DNA from: a virus
Lineage: Duplodnaviria; Caudoviricetes
Reading direction: 5' to 3' (one strand)
DNA: 64,000 bases
Virus record (IMG/VR): IMGVR_UViG_3300026176_000228
Span: 32,001 to 96,000 of that record
Shown here: positions 9,163-17,339 of the stretch, one piece after another
Layout of the letters: each line of letters starts with the position of its first letter
Numbering within the stretch: position 1 is the first letter of the stretch
Made by a program: the position numbers and the translations under genes
The notes under the pieces: generated by a model
What the model was told of the DNA's origin: nothing
The model's input: only the letters and a program-made list of their open reading frames with translations
The model's database searches: none

Positions 9163-9840
9163 CTATAAATCCGTGACCGTAATGCTTTGCGGGTTAGACC
9201 AATTCGCCCCGCCCTGCCGCCACACATAGTACGCCCCAGGATCAAGATAGACTGTCACGCGACCTAAAGTATTAGAATAAAGTGTACCGGCTTTGATGCT
9301 GCTGCCCGCGAGGTCATCTGTGACCCACACCGCGACACCTTCTAAGGGTAATGAAGACGCGTCTAGGCATTCGATAGTTACAGTTTCCGAACCGGCACCC
9401 GCGCTACTAGCAACCAAACGGTATACCGCGCCGTCCGGTTCCAGCGCCGTGTCGAGCTTGTCCGTGACTGCCTTGACCGCCGCGACCTCAGAGAGCACGT
9501 CGAAAACCTCGGTGACAATGCTGACGCTGGTGTCCGCGGCCTGGCCTGCTAAGTAGACCTTGACCACGTCGCCTGTTTCGACGGCCAGTGAGGTCGTCAG
9601 CACGGTCAGCGTCGTCACGCCGTTCGCCAGGGGCACTAGCGCCGAGGGCGACTGGTAGGCCGCGCCTGTTCCGCCAATCTGCCGCGTCAGGCACGCGCCG
9701 TAGGAGCCGTTCCCGGCCAGCCCGCTAGCCGACACCTGTACCAGAAGTTCGCGGTCGGCGTCCGCGGTGTAGGTATAGGTCAGCAGCGGATTGCCGCTGA
9801 TGTTCTGTGCCGTCAAGGTGGAGATGGCGATTCTGTTCAT
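9163..9840 (-). CDS. Putative virion/adhesin protein (apparently chimeric)
   Basis: Beta-rich N-terminus and Ig/carboxypeptidase-regulatory-like C-terminus; base composition shifts near 9420. Confidence 0.45.
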   Translation of the reverse strand: MNRIAISTLTAQNISGNPLLTYTYTADADRELLVQVSASGLAGNGSYGACLTRQIGGTGAAYQSPSALVPLANGVTTLTVLTTSLAVETGDVVKVYLAGQAADTSVSIVTEVFDVLSEVAAVKAVTDKLDTALEPDGAVYRLVASSAGAGSETVTIECLDASSLPLEGVAVWVTDDLAGSSIKAGTLYSNTLGRVTVYLDPGAYYVWRQGGANWSNPQSITVTDL

Positions 9841-9842
9841 AT

Positions 9843-10589
9843 CTAGCTCACATACCACTGGCCGAAGGCCGTCAGCGCGCCGCTGATAATGAGGCGCGTG
9901 TCTGCGCCGGTTGTCGAGTACGAATCGTTGTCTGCATACCACGCATAGCCTGCGATGTTGGGATTGCCGTCCGCATACACCCGGAATATCTCAGCTTGCG
10001 CCACCGTGGGTACGCTCCACTCCGTGACCCAGACCTTGTTGATGCCGATGGACTGGCCGTAGGCGATGAACTGCTCGACCTTGGCGATAGCTGCCGCCGC
10101 GTCGCTTGCGTAGGAGTGGCAGCATATCCCGCCGTCCCATCTGGGATAGCCGCCGTAACGCGTGTTGTACTCCGTGCGCATGTTCGCCAGCCAGGTTGTG
10201 CCGAACTGCGGGGAGGGCGAGATCAGCGGCTTGTCAGGGAACGTCGGCTCGACAAAGTTGTGCCAGTGAATCGCGCCCTCGGCAGCGGTCATGTTCGCCT
10301 GCCCGGAGGCTTCGGGTTCGTTGTAGCCAAAGACCGCCACGCCATCAGTGGCCCACTGCCAGTTTTCAGGCTGCGTGTTATCGTCGTAAATCATCAAGTA
10401 CGCTGGCACGCCAGTGCCCTGGATGGGGTTCCACCACCAGTTGTAGTGCCAGTTGGGCTTGAGCAGGGCGATGCTGGCGGCTGGCGTTGCGCCCACAGTG
10501 CCCAGGCCCTGCTTGGGATGGCGCGGGTTTTGCAGGCCCTGCCGCCCCGGCCTGACCCTCACCCGTCCGCCTACGAAGCCGCCCATCAT
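9843..10589 (-). CDS. Glycoside hydrolase catalytic-core protein (GH128/Glyco_hydro_cc-like), possibly 5'-chimeric
   Basis: WHYNW, FGYNEPE, CHSY, VWVTEW, GYAWY and LTAFGQWY motifs. Confidence 0.75.
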   Translation of the reverse strand: MMGGFVGGRVRVRPGRQGLQNPRHPKQGLGTVGATPAASIALLKPNWHYNWWWNPIQGTGVPAYLMIYDDNTQPENWQWATDGVAVFGYNEPEASGQANMTAAEGAIHWHNFVEPTFPDKPLISPSPQFGTTWLANMRTEYNTRYGGYPRWDGGICCHSYASDAAAAIAKVEQFIAYGQSIGINKVWVTEWSVPTVAQAEIFRVYADGNPNIAGYAWYADNDSYSTTGADTRLIISGALTAFGQWYVS

Positions 10590-11092
10590 GGCAGCACCAG
10601 ACTTTCGGCGTCCGCCACCGTTTGCGGGAAGGCTGTCGTCCCGTCGAACTTGTCCGCCGTGATGACGCCGTCCGCCATAGCTGTGACGTTGACATCCACA
10701 GTCGCCCCGTCAACCAGGCTGTTATTGAGTGCCGCCGCCCGGAAGCCGATCACCGGCCCGCGCCAGGGCAGCACGCCCGTCGCCACACCCGTAAACCAGC
10801 CGAACCCCTCGGTATCGTTGTTGACGGACGCGCCGCCGGAGGCGGGTATCTCGATGGTGTACAGCCCGCCGTCCTGGTGCGCCCAGTCATACGCGCCGCC
10901 CGCAGTAGGTGTGACGACGGTGGCCGTGGTCGCGCCTGCGGTCGTGGTGAAGTGCCAGATAAGTTCCAGGCCAGCCGCGTTGTAAGCCACAGACTCCTCG
11001 CGCGTCTTGAAATCCGTGTCGTCCAGCAGCGGCAAGATGTTCACCGGCACCTCCGAAAGCGCCGCATCCACATCCATCCACAGGTCAGGCAT
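10586..11092 (-). CDS. Putative virion structural protein, probably C-terminally truncated
   Basis: Start MPDLWMDVD with AAGGAG RBS; GLYTIEIP and DVNVTAMADGVITA motifs seen in phage structural proteins. Confidence 0.5.
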   Translation of the reverse strand: MPDLWMDVDAALSEVPVNILPLLDDTDFKTREESVAYNAAGLELIWHFTTTAGATTATVVTPTAGGAYDWAHQDGGLYTIEIPASGGASVNNDTEGFGWFTGVATGVLPWRGPVIGFRAAALNNSLVDGATVDVNVTAMADGVITADKFDGTTAFPQTVADAESLVLP

Positions 11093-11103
11093 GATTTTGC
11101 TCC

Positions 11104-11775
11104 TTATTGCTGTGCGTAGGCGTAAGCGGGTTTGCCGCTGCCGCCGCCGAGTGTATAGGTAATCACCAGCCGGGGCCGGTTGCCAGTCGTGGCACCATCC
11201 GAGGACGTGAACCGCTTGCGGCAGTTCATCGTCCCCTCGTCCGCGCAAATCAGCCACCAGCCATAGTTGGTGTATGTGCCAGCATAAAACGCTTGACAGT
11301 CGGCCAGTACGTCCCAGCCATAGGCTGTTGCCGGGTCTGTGACCGTCACGGTATCCGTCGGCGTAGCGACAAACTCCGTGCCTGCCGCGCCGCCTGCTCC
11401 GCCTGCCCAGGCTACCGAGCCGTTGGCATTGCGATAGTTATACGTGCTGGCGTTTTCGCCAGTAGGCAGCTCGGCGTTCCCAATGCCCTCGTACCATTCC
11501 ACTAACCCGCGATGCACGCCGAAAACCCGGTCAGAGGTATCCGCTTCTGACTCGCAGTAAAGCGTCAACGTGGCTGCGGTCAGCGTGGCCCCGGCAGGCA
11601 AGCCGGAGAGGTCAAACTGGAACAGGCCGCGGGAGATATTCGGCGGTGCAGCGCCGATATCCCCGATGTAGAGCGGCGATGTCTTGCCATAATTTGTTGT
11701 TGGCGACTGGCTCTGAATCAGCGTGTCCTTCGCCGTATTGACATCGCCGCCGTAGCCGTCCGTGTAAGTTGGCAT
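11104..11775 (-). CDS. DNRLRE / disaggregatase-like domain protein
   Basis: DTLIQSQSPTTNYG, RGLFQFDLSGLP, ATLTLY, NYGWWL and RPRLVITY motifs. Confidence 0.8.
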   Translation of the reverse strand: MPTYTDGYGGDVNTAKDTLIQSQSPTTNYGKTSPLYIGDIGAAPPNISRGLFQFDLSGLPAGATLTAATLTLYCESEADTSDRVFGVHRGLVEWYEGIGNAELPTGENASTYNYRNANGSVAWAGGAGGAAGTEFVATPTDTVTVTDPATAYGWDVLADCQAFYAGTYTNYGWWLICADEGTMNCRKRFTSSDGATTGNRPRLVITYTLGGGSGKPAYAYAQQ

Positions 11776-11787
11776 GATAATCCTCCC

Positions 11788-12054
11788 TTACGTGGCGGCC
11801 AGCGCCGTGGCGAGATTGGCTATATAGAACATATCCCCCCGCGCGAAAGCCGCCACGTCAAGGTACTTGATGAGTTCCGCCTGCGAAGCCTGCTGAATCC
11901 AGGCTTTAGCCGTGAACAACGCCCGCACGTTATAGAGCGTGTCGTGCGTGCCCTCGTTGCGCGTCGCCTCGTACTTGCTCACGAACCAGCCCGGAGCCAC
12001 GCGCTCGTACAACCCTATCGTGTCCTGCATCAGCGGCAGGGCGTTGGTCCGCAA
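11788..12054 (-). pseudogene. Orphan C-terminal fragment of a foreign gene
   Basis: High-GC frame ending LIKYLDVAAFARGDMFYIANLATALAAT*, with no RBS; starts at the junction with the truncated adaptor copy. Confidence 0.5.
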
Positions 12055-12316
12055 GTATAACCGGAACGGTATAACCCTTGCTTTGTAGCGTGCTTTCTAG
12101 GATGCCGCAACCCGATGAAAGATAAGAATTTACTGCGGCCTGCGTGGGCACAGTAGACGCGGTGAAGGTAGAACTGGACGCCAAGAGATTGCGGCACATA
12201 TTAGCTACATCTGAACCCGTCGCGTAAGCTTCGACCCAGCCTTCACCATCTAACAAAACCCCAAAATCATATTGAGGCGTAAAATCGCGTAAGCCAGCTA
12301 CAACTTGTTTAGGCAT
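11930..12316 (-). pseudogene. Truncated paralog of the head-tail adaptor fused to foreign sequence
   Basis: EAYATGSDVANMCRNLL...VNSYLSSGCGILESTLQSKGYTVPV matches 8566-9150; similarity ends at ~12055. Confidence 0.75.
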
Positions 12317-12516
12317 AACAACCTCAACTTAGTGTGTCTTTGAGAAAGACACTTTGGCGATCAGGAATCGATGCCGCGGTCAGGTTAATGATCTGCCCAC
12401 AAGCACTGATTGTAAAGTATTGGCTCCAGTGTAAACATGAGTTGTAATAGTCGCAGCCATGGAAATCTCCTTTTAGCAAAATTAACTTTTGCGTAAATTT
12501 ATTGCTCTGTTCTGTT

Positions 12517-13119
12517 CTACGCGGGTGTCACGCCTGTGATCGGGCTGGCACTGGATGAGCTGGTCAAGGTAGCTTCCCAAGCTTTAGCCAGGTCATCTTC
12601 CTTAGTCACGGTCATGGTTGTGCCAGAAACCGACCACTTATTGCGCAGGAAACGCAGGGCGTTTAGCGCTGACCGAGCAGCCTCGTCTGTCACTTGTGTC
12701 CAATCACGCTTGAGCAAGGCGTCGGCGTTTTCGACAGCGGTAGGCACGTCGGCAATATCCGCACTCACCGATGCGCCCGCCGGTGCGCCCAGCCGCGCAT
12801 AGCTGTCGCCCGTCTGGTTGATGGACGCCTCGGTAAACACCTGCAATTGGTCAAGTACCACGCCCGACGTGGCCGACTTCGGCGCGAAAATCAGAACCTC
12901 GCCGTTCGTCTCCGCCTGCGTCAGATCGAACACATACCAGCCGGGCATGTTGGTCGCGTCCAACTCGGTCGGGTTCACGTCATCCAACTGGTCAGCCGCC
13001 GCAAAGCCGATGGACTCATAGCAGGTGATATTGGCCGCGTCGCCCGTCTTGGCCGCGCCCGTGGAGGCGGTGTAGGCAAACACCGCAATCTTCTGACTGG
13101 CCGTGTTTTTGTAGAGCAT
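12517..13119 (-). CDS. Putative virion structural protein
   Basis: PTELDATNMPGWYVFDLTQAETN and ARSALNALRFLRNKW phage-structural-type motifs. Confidence 0.5.
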   Translation of the reverse strand: MLYKNTASQKIAVFAYTASTGAAKTGDAANITCYESIGFAAADQLDDVNPTELDATNMPGWYVFDLTQAETNGEVLIFAPKSATSGVVLDQLQVFTEASINQTGDSYARLGAPAGASVSADIADVPTAVENADALLKRDWTQVTDEAARSALNALRFLRNKWSVSGTTMTVTKEDDLAKAWEATLTSSSSASPITGVTPA

Positions 13120-13120
13120 C

Positions 13121-14221
13121 CTATCTCCCCATCAACCGCGCTACGCGCCGGATCACGCCCCCCGCCCCGGCCTGCACCGCACCCTTATCCGCTTTCGGCG
13201 CTGTACTCGCCAGCCCCAGGAACGTCAGTGGGAAGGCGTCTTCTGTCACCCCCGCGACCGCGCCGTTGATGTCAAAATCCCCGTTCGCCGCGTCCACAAA
13301 CGGCGCGCCCGCCAGCGTATCATTGTTGATAGACTCGACAATCGTCTCTAGCGTGAGCGAGTAATTCGTCGCGTTGTTATAGGCGGCATTGGCGAGCAGC
13401 AGCATCGCGTTTTTATCTACGGTTGAGACTCCCTTACCAGAGTTGCCAGAGAACCCCTGCACGATATTGTTGAGGTTGAGGCTGTTGACCTTGAGAAACA
13501 GCCCCGTACCTGTAGACGCTCCGTCTGACACTATCGTGTTGTGCAGCGCCAGCGCGCCCGCGCCGCGCACTCCGTCAATGTTGCCGGAACGCAGCCGGAT
13601 GACATTGTGCGCCAGCACTGCAGCCACACCGTCCAGCAGCACCACGGCGGCGGCGGGCGTCACGCTGCCGGTGTCGATGTAACAACCCACTATGATGGAC
13701 GGTTGGCTGGAGTAGAGCGCATAGTTGCCGGCTAGGTCGTGCAGGTGGCAGCCTACCACGCGCGTCGTGCCGGATAACAGAACGCCATTGGTGCCTGTGT
13801 TGCCGTAGACCTCGCAGCGGAACAACAAGCAGTAATTACGCAGCCCCGACATGACCACATTCGCGCCACAGTTGCCCATTTTCAAGTCGATGAAATGCAC
13901 GTAATCCGTGTTACTGGTGGTCCAAATCGAGTAGGTCGCATTGCCGCTGATTTCGCCAATGCCGCCGTCATTGGCCGTGGACTTATAGCCGCGGAACAGC
14001 AGTGGAGCTGCCGCGGTGGGCGTGCCGTAGGTGGCGATGGACAATGGCGCAGCCAGCACGTCCGCCGCGCCCGCCTGGACATTGACTTGATCGCCATCCG
14101 TGGCATTGCGCGTAATCGTGTTCAGCGCGTGTTGCGTCGTCGCCCACGGTGTACCAATCGACCCGTTGCCCGTCGTGTCGTTGCCGCTGGCCGGACTGAC
14201 GTAATAGTGCGTGCGTGCCAT
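13121..14221 (-). CDS. Right-handed beta-helix (pectin lyase-like) protein; possible tailspike/depolymerase
   Basis: YYVSPASGNDTTGNGSIGTPWAT N-terminal motif, Asn-ladder repeats, PFVDAANGDF and DKGAVQ. Confidence 0.7.
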   Translation of the reverse strand: MARTHYYVSPASGNDTTGNGSIGTPWATTQHALNTITRNATDGDQVNVQAGAADVLAAPLSIATYGTPTAAAPLLFRGYKSTANDGGIGEISGNATYSIWTTSNTDYVHFIDLKMGNCGANVVMSGLRNYCLLFRCEVYGNTGTNGVLLSGTTRVVGCHLHDLAGNYALYSSQPSIIVGCYIDTGSVTPAAAVVLLDGVAAVLAHNVIRLRSGNIDGVRGAGALALHNTIVSDGASTGTGLFLKVNSLNLNNIVQGFSGNSGKGVSTVDKNAMLLLANAAYNNATNYSLTLETIVESINNDTLAGAPFVDAANGDFDINGAVAGVTEDAFPLTFLGLASTAPKADKGAVQAGAGGVIRRVARLMGR

Positions 14222-14232
14222 GCCCTACCGCC

Positions 14233-14601
14233 TTAGATGTTCGTCGGCCCCGCCAACTGGACGCCATACCCGTCCACTGTCTCTTTGTCCGGCCACACGA
14301 CCGCAGACGCCCCGCCGTTGTCGCCGTAGACGGCAGCAACGAGGTTGACGCTCCACGCAAACTTGTCCGTGAAATCCGCCTTCGTCATGGTCAGGTCCGC
14401 GCCCGCCAGTCCGCTGCCGTCCTCGATCACATCAGCGTCCGCAATCGTGGCCCACAGCGGCGCAATGGTCTGCGTGTACGCTTGCACGAGCAACTGCTGT
14501 TGTCGCAGCCCGCGCACCACATCGGCCATCGCCGCCCGGTAGTCCCTGAGAAACTCGTTGACCTGTTGTCGCTGAGTCGGTGTCAAGTCAGTCAGTGCCA
14601 T
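14233..14601 (-). CDS. Hypothetical protein
   Basis: 122 aa ORF with GGAG RBS, co-oriented with the operon. Confidence 0.6.
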   Translation of the reverse strand: MALTDLTPTQRQQVNEFLRDYRAAMADVVRGLRQQQLLVQAYTQTIAPLWATIADADVIEDGSGLAGADLTMTKADFTDKFAWSVNLVAAVYGDNGGASAVVWPDKETVDGYGVQLAGPTNI

Positions 14602-14827
14602 GTTGTAAGTCTCCCGTTACCAAAGGTTCTAGCTCGGCCATGATTTGATCGAGTCCACAGTTGCAATTCACTGGGTGTTCACACGTCTCTTTGTGCTGGA
14701 TGTAACCGCCATCCAGCAGCTTCCCGATCAAGTCGCGAAACACTGCAATGGTTTCCGTGTCGTCCATGAGTCCTCCTGGTTGTTGGTTTCCCTAACAACA
14801 GCTTATACTTCGCAAGTTCATGCATTC

Positions 14828-15739
14828 TCATCGTCTTCCCATAGTATACCACAAACCAAAGGCAGTCAGGTAGCCTGATTGGTCAAATAAACTGGTATCA
14901 CACTGCACCGGTTGAAAAGCCCACCATTCTTCATTACGAATATAATCCGCGAACCACGCGTGACCTAGAACCTGTGGATCAGCCTCAAAAACCTGGCGTA
15001 GTTTATCAGCTTCTACTAGAGCCGCATTGATAGAGGGTTGACCCAAGACGTTCATAGTAGTACGCGGACACGGTAAGATGGCCCATTCAGTAATCCAGAC
15101 CCCCGGTGCGTTTAGTTGTTGCGCCATCTGCTTATACCATTCCAGTTCAGCTAAGCACTCTGCCGCGGTGGGGAAATAGCAGTGCATCGCCAAACCCTTA
15201 TCGAAGCGCGGGTTAGTATGGTACAGGCGTTGATATTCTGCGACCATATTGCTGAGCCATGCACGGCCCCATGGTGAAGGCGCAGGCGCGATTAATTTAT
15301 GTTCAGGATAAGCTTGTTCAATGCGCCGCCAGAGAGTCGCGTACTTTTGCGGCGAGACATTGCATTGTTGCGGTAAGTCACATTCATTGCCACCCATGAC
15401 GCCTTCAACATACCAGGGTATTGCGGGTAACTCGCCTTCGTCATACCAACCCCACAGCATCGCGAACGCGCGCACTTCCCCATAACATTGACCAGGCTTG
15501 GCTGACCAATCGTAATACCAGTAAGCACTGCTCTGTAAAATAGTGTTACAGTTGCTGTAAGGCGAACTAATGCCCTGCTTGGGTAACTGCAAAGGCATGT
15601 TGACCATGGGCCAGTAATAAGTATAAAAGTTCTTAGCCTCAACTATAGGTATGTAGATTGTGGTATCAGCCTGCACAGTACCGGGTAACAGAAACCACAG
15701 ACATATAATCATCAAAAAGATGACAGTTTTTACCACCAC
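14828..15739 (-). CDS. Secreted glycoside hydrolase (GH128/Glyco_hydro_cc-like)
   Basis: Signal peptide; IYIPIV motif; WYYDW, GGNECD, MHCY, VWITEW and LTAFGLWY. Confidence 0.75.
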   Translation of the reverse strand: MVVKTVIFLMIICLWFLLPGTVQADTTIYIPIVEAKNFYTYYWPMVNMPLQLPKQGISSPYSNCNTILQSSAYWYYDWSAKPGQCYGEVRAFAMLWGWYDEGELPAIPWYVEGVMGGNECDLPQQCNVSPQKYATLWRRIEQAYPEHKLIAPAPSPWGRAWLSNMVAEYQRLYHTNPRFDKGLAMHCYFPTAAECLAELEWYKQMAQQLNAPGVWITEWAILPCPRTTMNVLGQPSINAALVEADKLRQVFEADPQVLGHAWFADYIRNEEWWAFQPVQCDTSLFDQSGYLTAFGLWYTMGRR

Positions 15740-15783
15740 GCTACCTGATTTCTAAGCACAAGATTGCTTGACATGTTTTGTGA

Positions 15784-16122
15784 CTAGATTGGTCGGAGGT
15801 CAAAATGGGCGCGAAAGAGCGATGCGGCCTCGGCTCCCATCGACGCGGAAACTTTGACCGCGTTGCCATAAAGTTCCAGGCTAAAGACAGACGCGACTGA
15901 AGCCGCGATAGGATACAGAGCTTCGTAATCCCAATGCGCGCCGTAGTCACTGGATTGGCGAATACGGATCGCGGACGCGGTGCCTGAAGCATTAGAGTAC
16001 AACAGGCCAACCAGTTTAGCGTAGCCGTGACAGATCGCGCTGCCAGTAACAGTGCCATTGGCCGCGAGAGAGGCACCAGTACTCAGAACTTCCGTGGTAG
16101 CTTGCGCGTATAAACGAGCCAT
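15784..16122 (-). CDS. Hypothetical virion-associated protein
   Basis: 112 aa, AGGAG RBS, small-residue-rich beta protein in the head operon. Confidence 0.55.
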   Translation of the reverse strand: MARLYAQATTEVLSTGASLAANGTVTGSAICHGYAKLVGLLYSNASGTASAIRIRQSSDYGAHWDYEALYPIAASVASVFSLELYGNAVKVSASMGAEAASLFRAHFDLRPI

Positions 16123-16243
16123 AAGTGGACTCCTAAAAAATAACCCAACACACGCGTATTGGGTTAGAGAGTTAGACTGTCAGCCGCGGGTGTGTACGCG
16201 CGCCATCTAATTAAGACAGTCTATTAATTAATGGTTAATTAAG

Positions 16244-16900
16244 TTATTGATAGAGCAAAAACCGGCGTTGGTTCGCGACTTCAGATAAAATGATTTTGTA
16301 ACGCTTTTCAGCAGTCCAGATCAGAGCTTCATCATCCACGAATTCGTCCGCTTCCTTGATAAAAGGCGGGCGGAAGGGACGGAGTGGATATGTGACCGCA
16401 CAGTTGTCACCGAGATGACGTAGCCATTCTAAAGTGCCGGTATGCATCGCCGTGTGTTCCAGGACATCTAAAGCCAGAGCTAGACTGTGGCGTTGCACCG
16501 CGTGGCCATAAGGAATAAAGGCAGTATTGAGATGGTAACGCGCGCTATGATCGAGAATAAAGTCCTGGCCGATGCCGGGAAAGTCATAGAACGTCACTAG
16601 CTGCGTGGGACGCAGATGCGCGAGGGTTAGACCCGTGAGTCCGGTCGCGCAACCTACATCAATATAGCTGGTATCGTCCGCGGACATCTCATGGATGATT
16701 TTGATAAAGTGCTGGACGTTCGGATCAAGATGCCATTCAGTCGTATAGTATTGATACCACGGTGACTTAGTATAGAAAGCTTCGTCGGGACCGTACGCGG
16801 TGCCTTGCTCGAACTCAACTACTTCGGGATAGTTTTGACCCAGGAGCCAGGTACGAAGGTCCGCGCGTAGCTCCTGAGTAATAGTCGCGATGGCACTCAA
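16244..16900 (-). CDS. Class I SAM-dependent methyltransferase
   Basis: YIDVGCATG motif I; LDVLEH. Confidence 0.75.
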   Translation of the reverse strand: MSAIATITQELRADLRTWLLGQNYPEVVEFEQGTAYGPDEAFYTKSPWYQYYTTEWHLDPNVQHFIKIIHEMSADDTSYIDVGCATGLTGLTLAHLRPTQLVTFYDFPGIGQDFILDHSARYHLNTAFIPYGHAVQRHSLALALDVLEHTAMHTGTLEWLRHLGDNCAVTYPLRPFRPPFIKEADEFVDDEALIWTAEKRYKIILSEVANQRRFLLYQ

Positions 16901-17227
16901 TTAGAGCGCCAGGTAGATGTAAGAAAGCGTCACGGTGGACGCGGCGGTAGCACCGAGCGACATGAAGCTTAGCGATGCGGTATTGGTAGCGATAGGGCAA
17001 ACCGCAGTTAGCTGCAAGCCCGAACCACCGCTATTGAGTTGCATGAACACGGTACCGGAGGCCGCTAGACCTGTAATTAGTGCCGAACCGGTGCCCAGGG
17101 TCGAAGCACCCATTGCAGGCACGCAGGCCGCAACAGTGCCGGTCAGGATTTTATCAATTGTAGTGCCGTTACCGACATTCAAACCACCCATCGCGAGCAG
17201 TGGTCGGCGGACACGGAATGAAGGCAT
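16901..17227 (-). CDS. Putative head fiber / minor capsid protein
   Basis: GGLNVGNGTTIDKI motif; directly downstream of the major capsid gene. Confidence 0.5.
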   Translation of the reverse strand: MPSFRVRRPLLAMGGLNVGNGTTIDKILTGTVAACVPAMGASTLGTGSALITGLAASGTVFMQLNSGGSGLQLTAVCPIATNTASLSFMSLGATAASTVTLSYIYLAL

Positions 17228-17276
17228 TTGATTTTCTCCTATAGAAGCAGGCTATAGCATCTGCTCAAGCAGGTTG

Positions 17277-17320
17277 TTACTAAACCTCTGTAGATATGAC
17301 TAAGTACAGAGGTTTAGTAA
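17277..17320. terminator. Strong hairpin downstream of the capsid gene
   Basis: TTACTAAACCTCTGTA / TACAGAGGTTTAGTAA 16-bp inverted repeat. Confidence 0.6.
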
Positions 17321-17339
17321 TAGTAGACATTGTAACAGC

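Noticed and set aside
8566-12316. Adaptor duplicate as a diversity-generating retroelement TR/VR pair
   Set aside because: Differences between the copies are not adenine-specific and no reverse transcriptase is present in the window
9807-14643. Long plus-strand ORFs (e.g. 9807-10985, 392 aa)
   Set aside because: Antisense shadows of high-GC minus-strand genes, with Arg/Pro-rich non-protein-like composition
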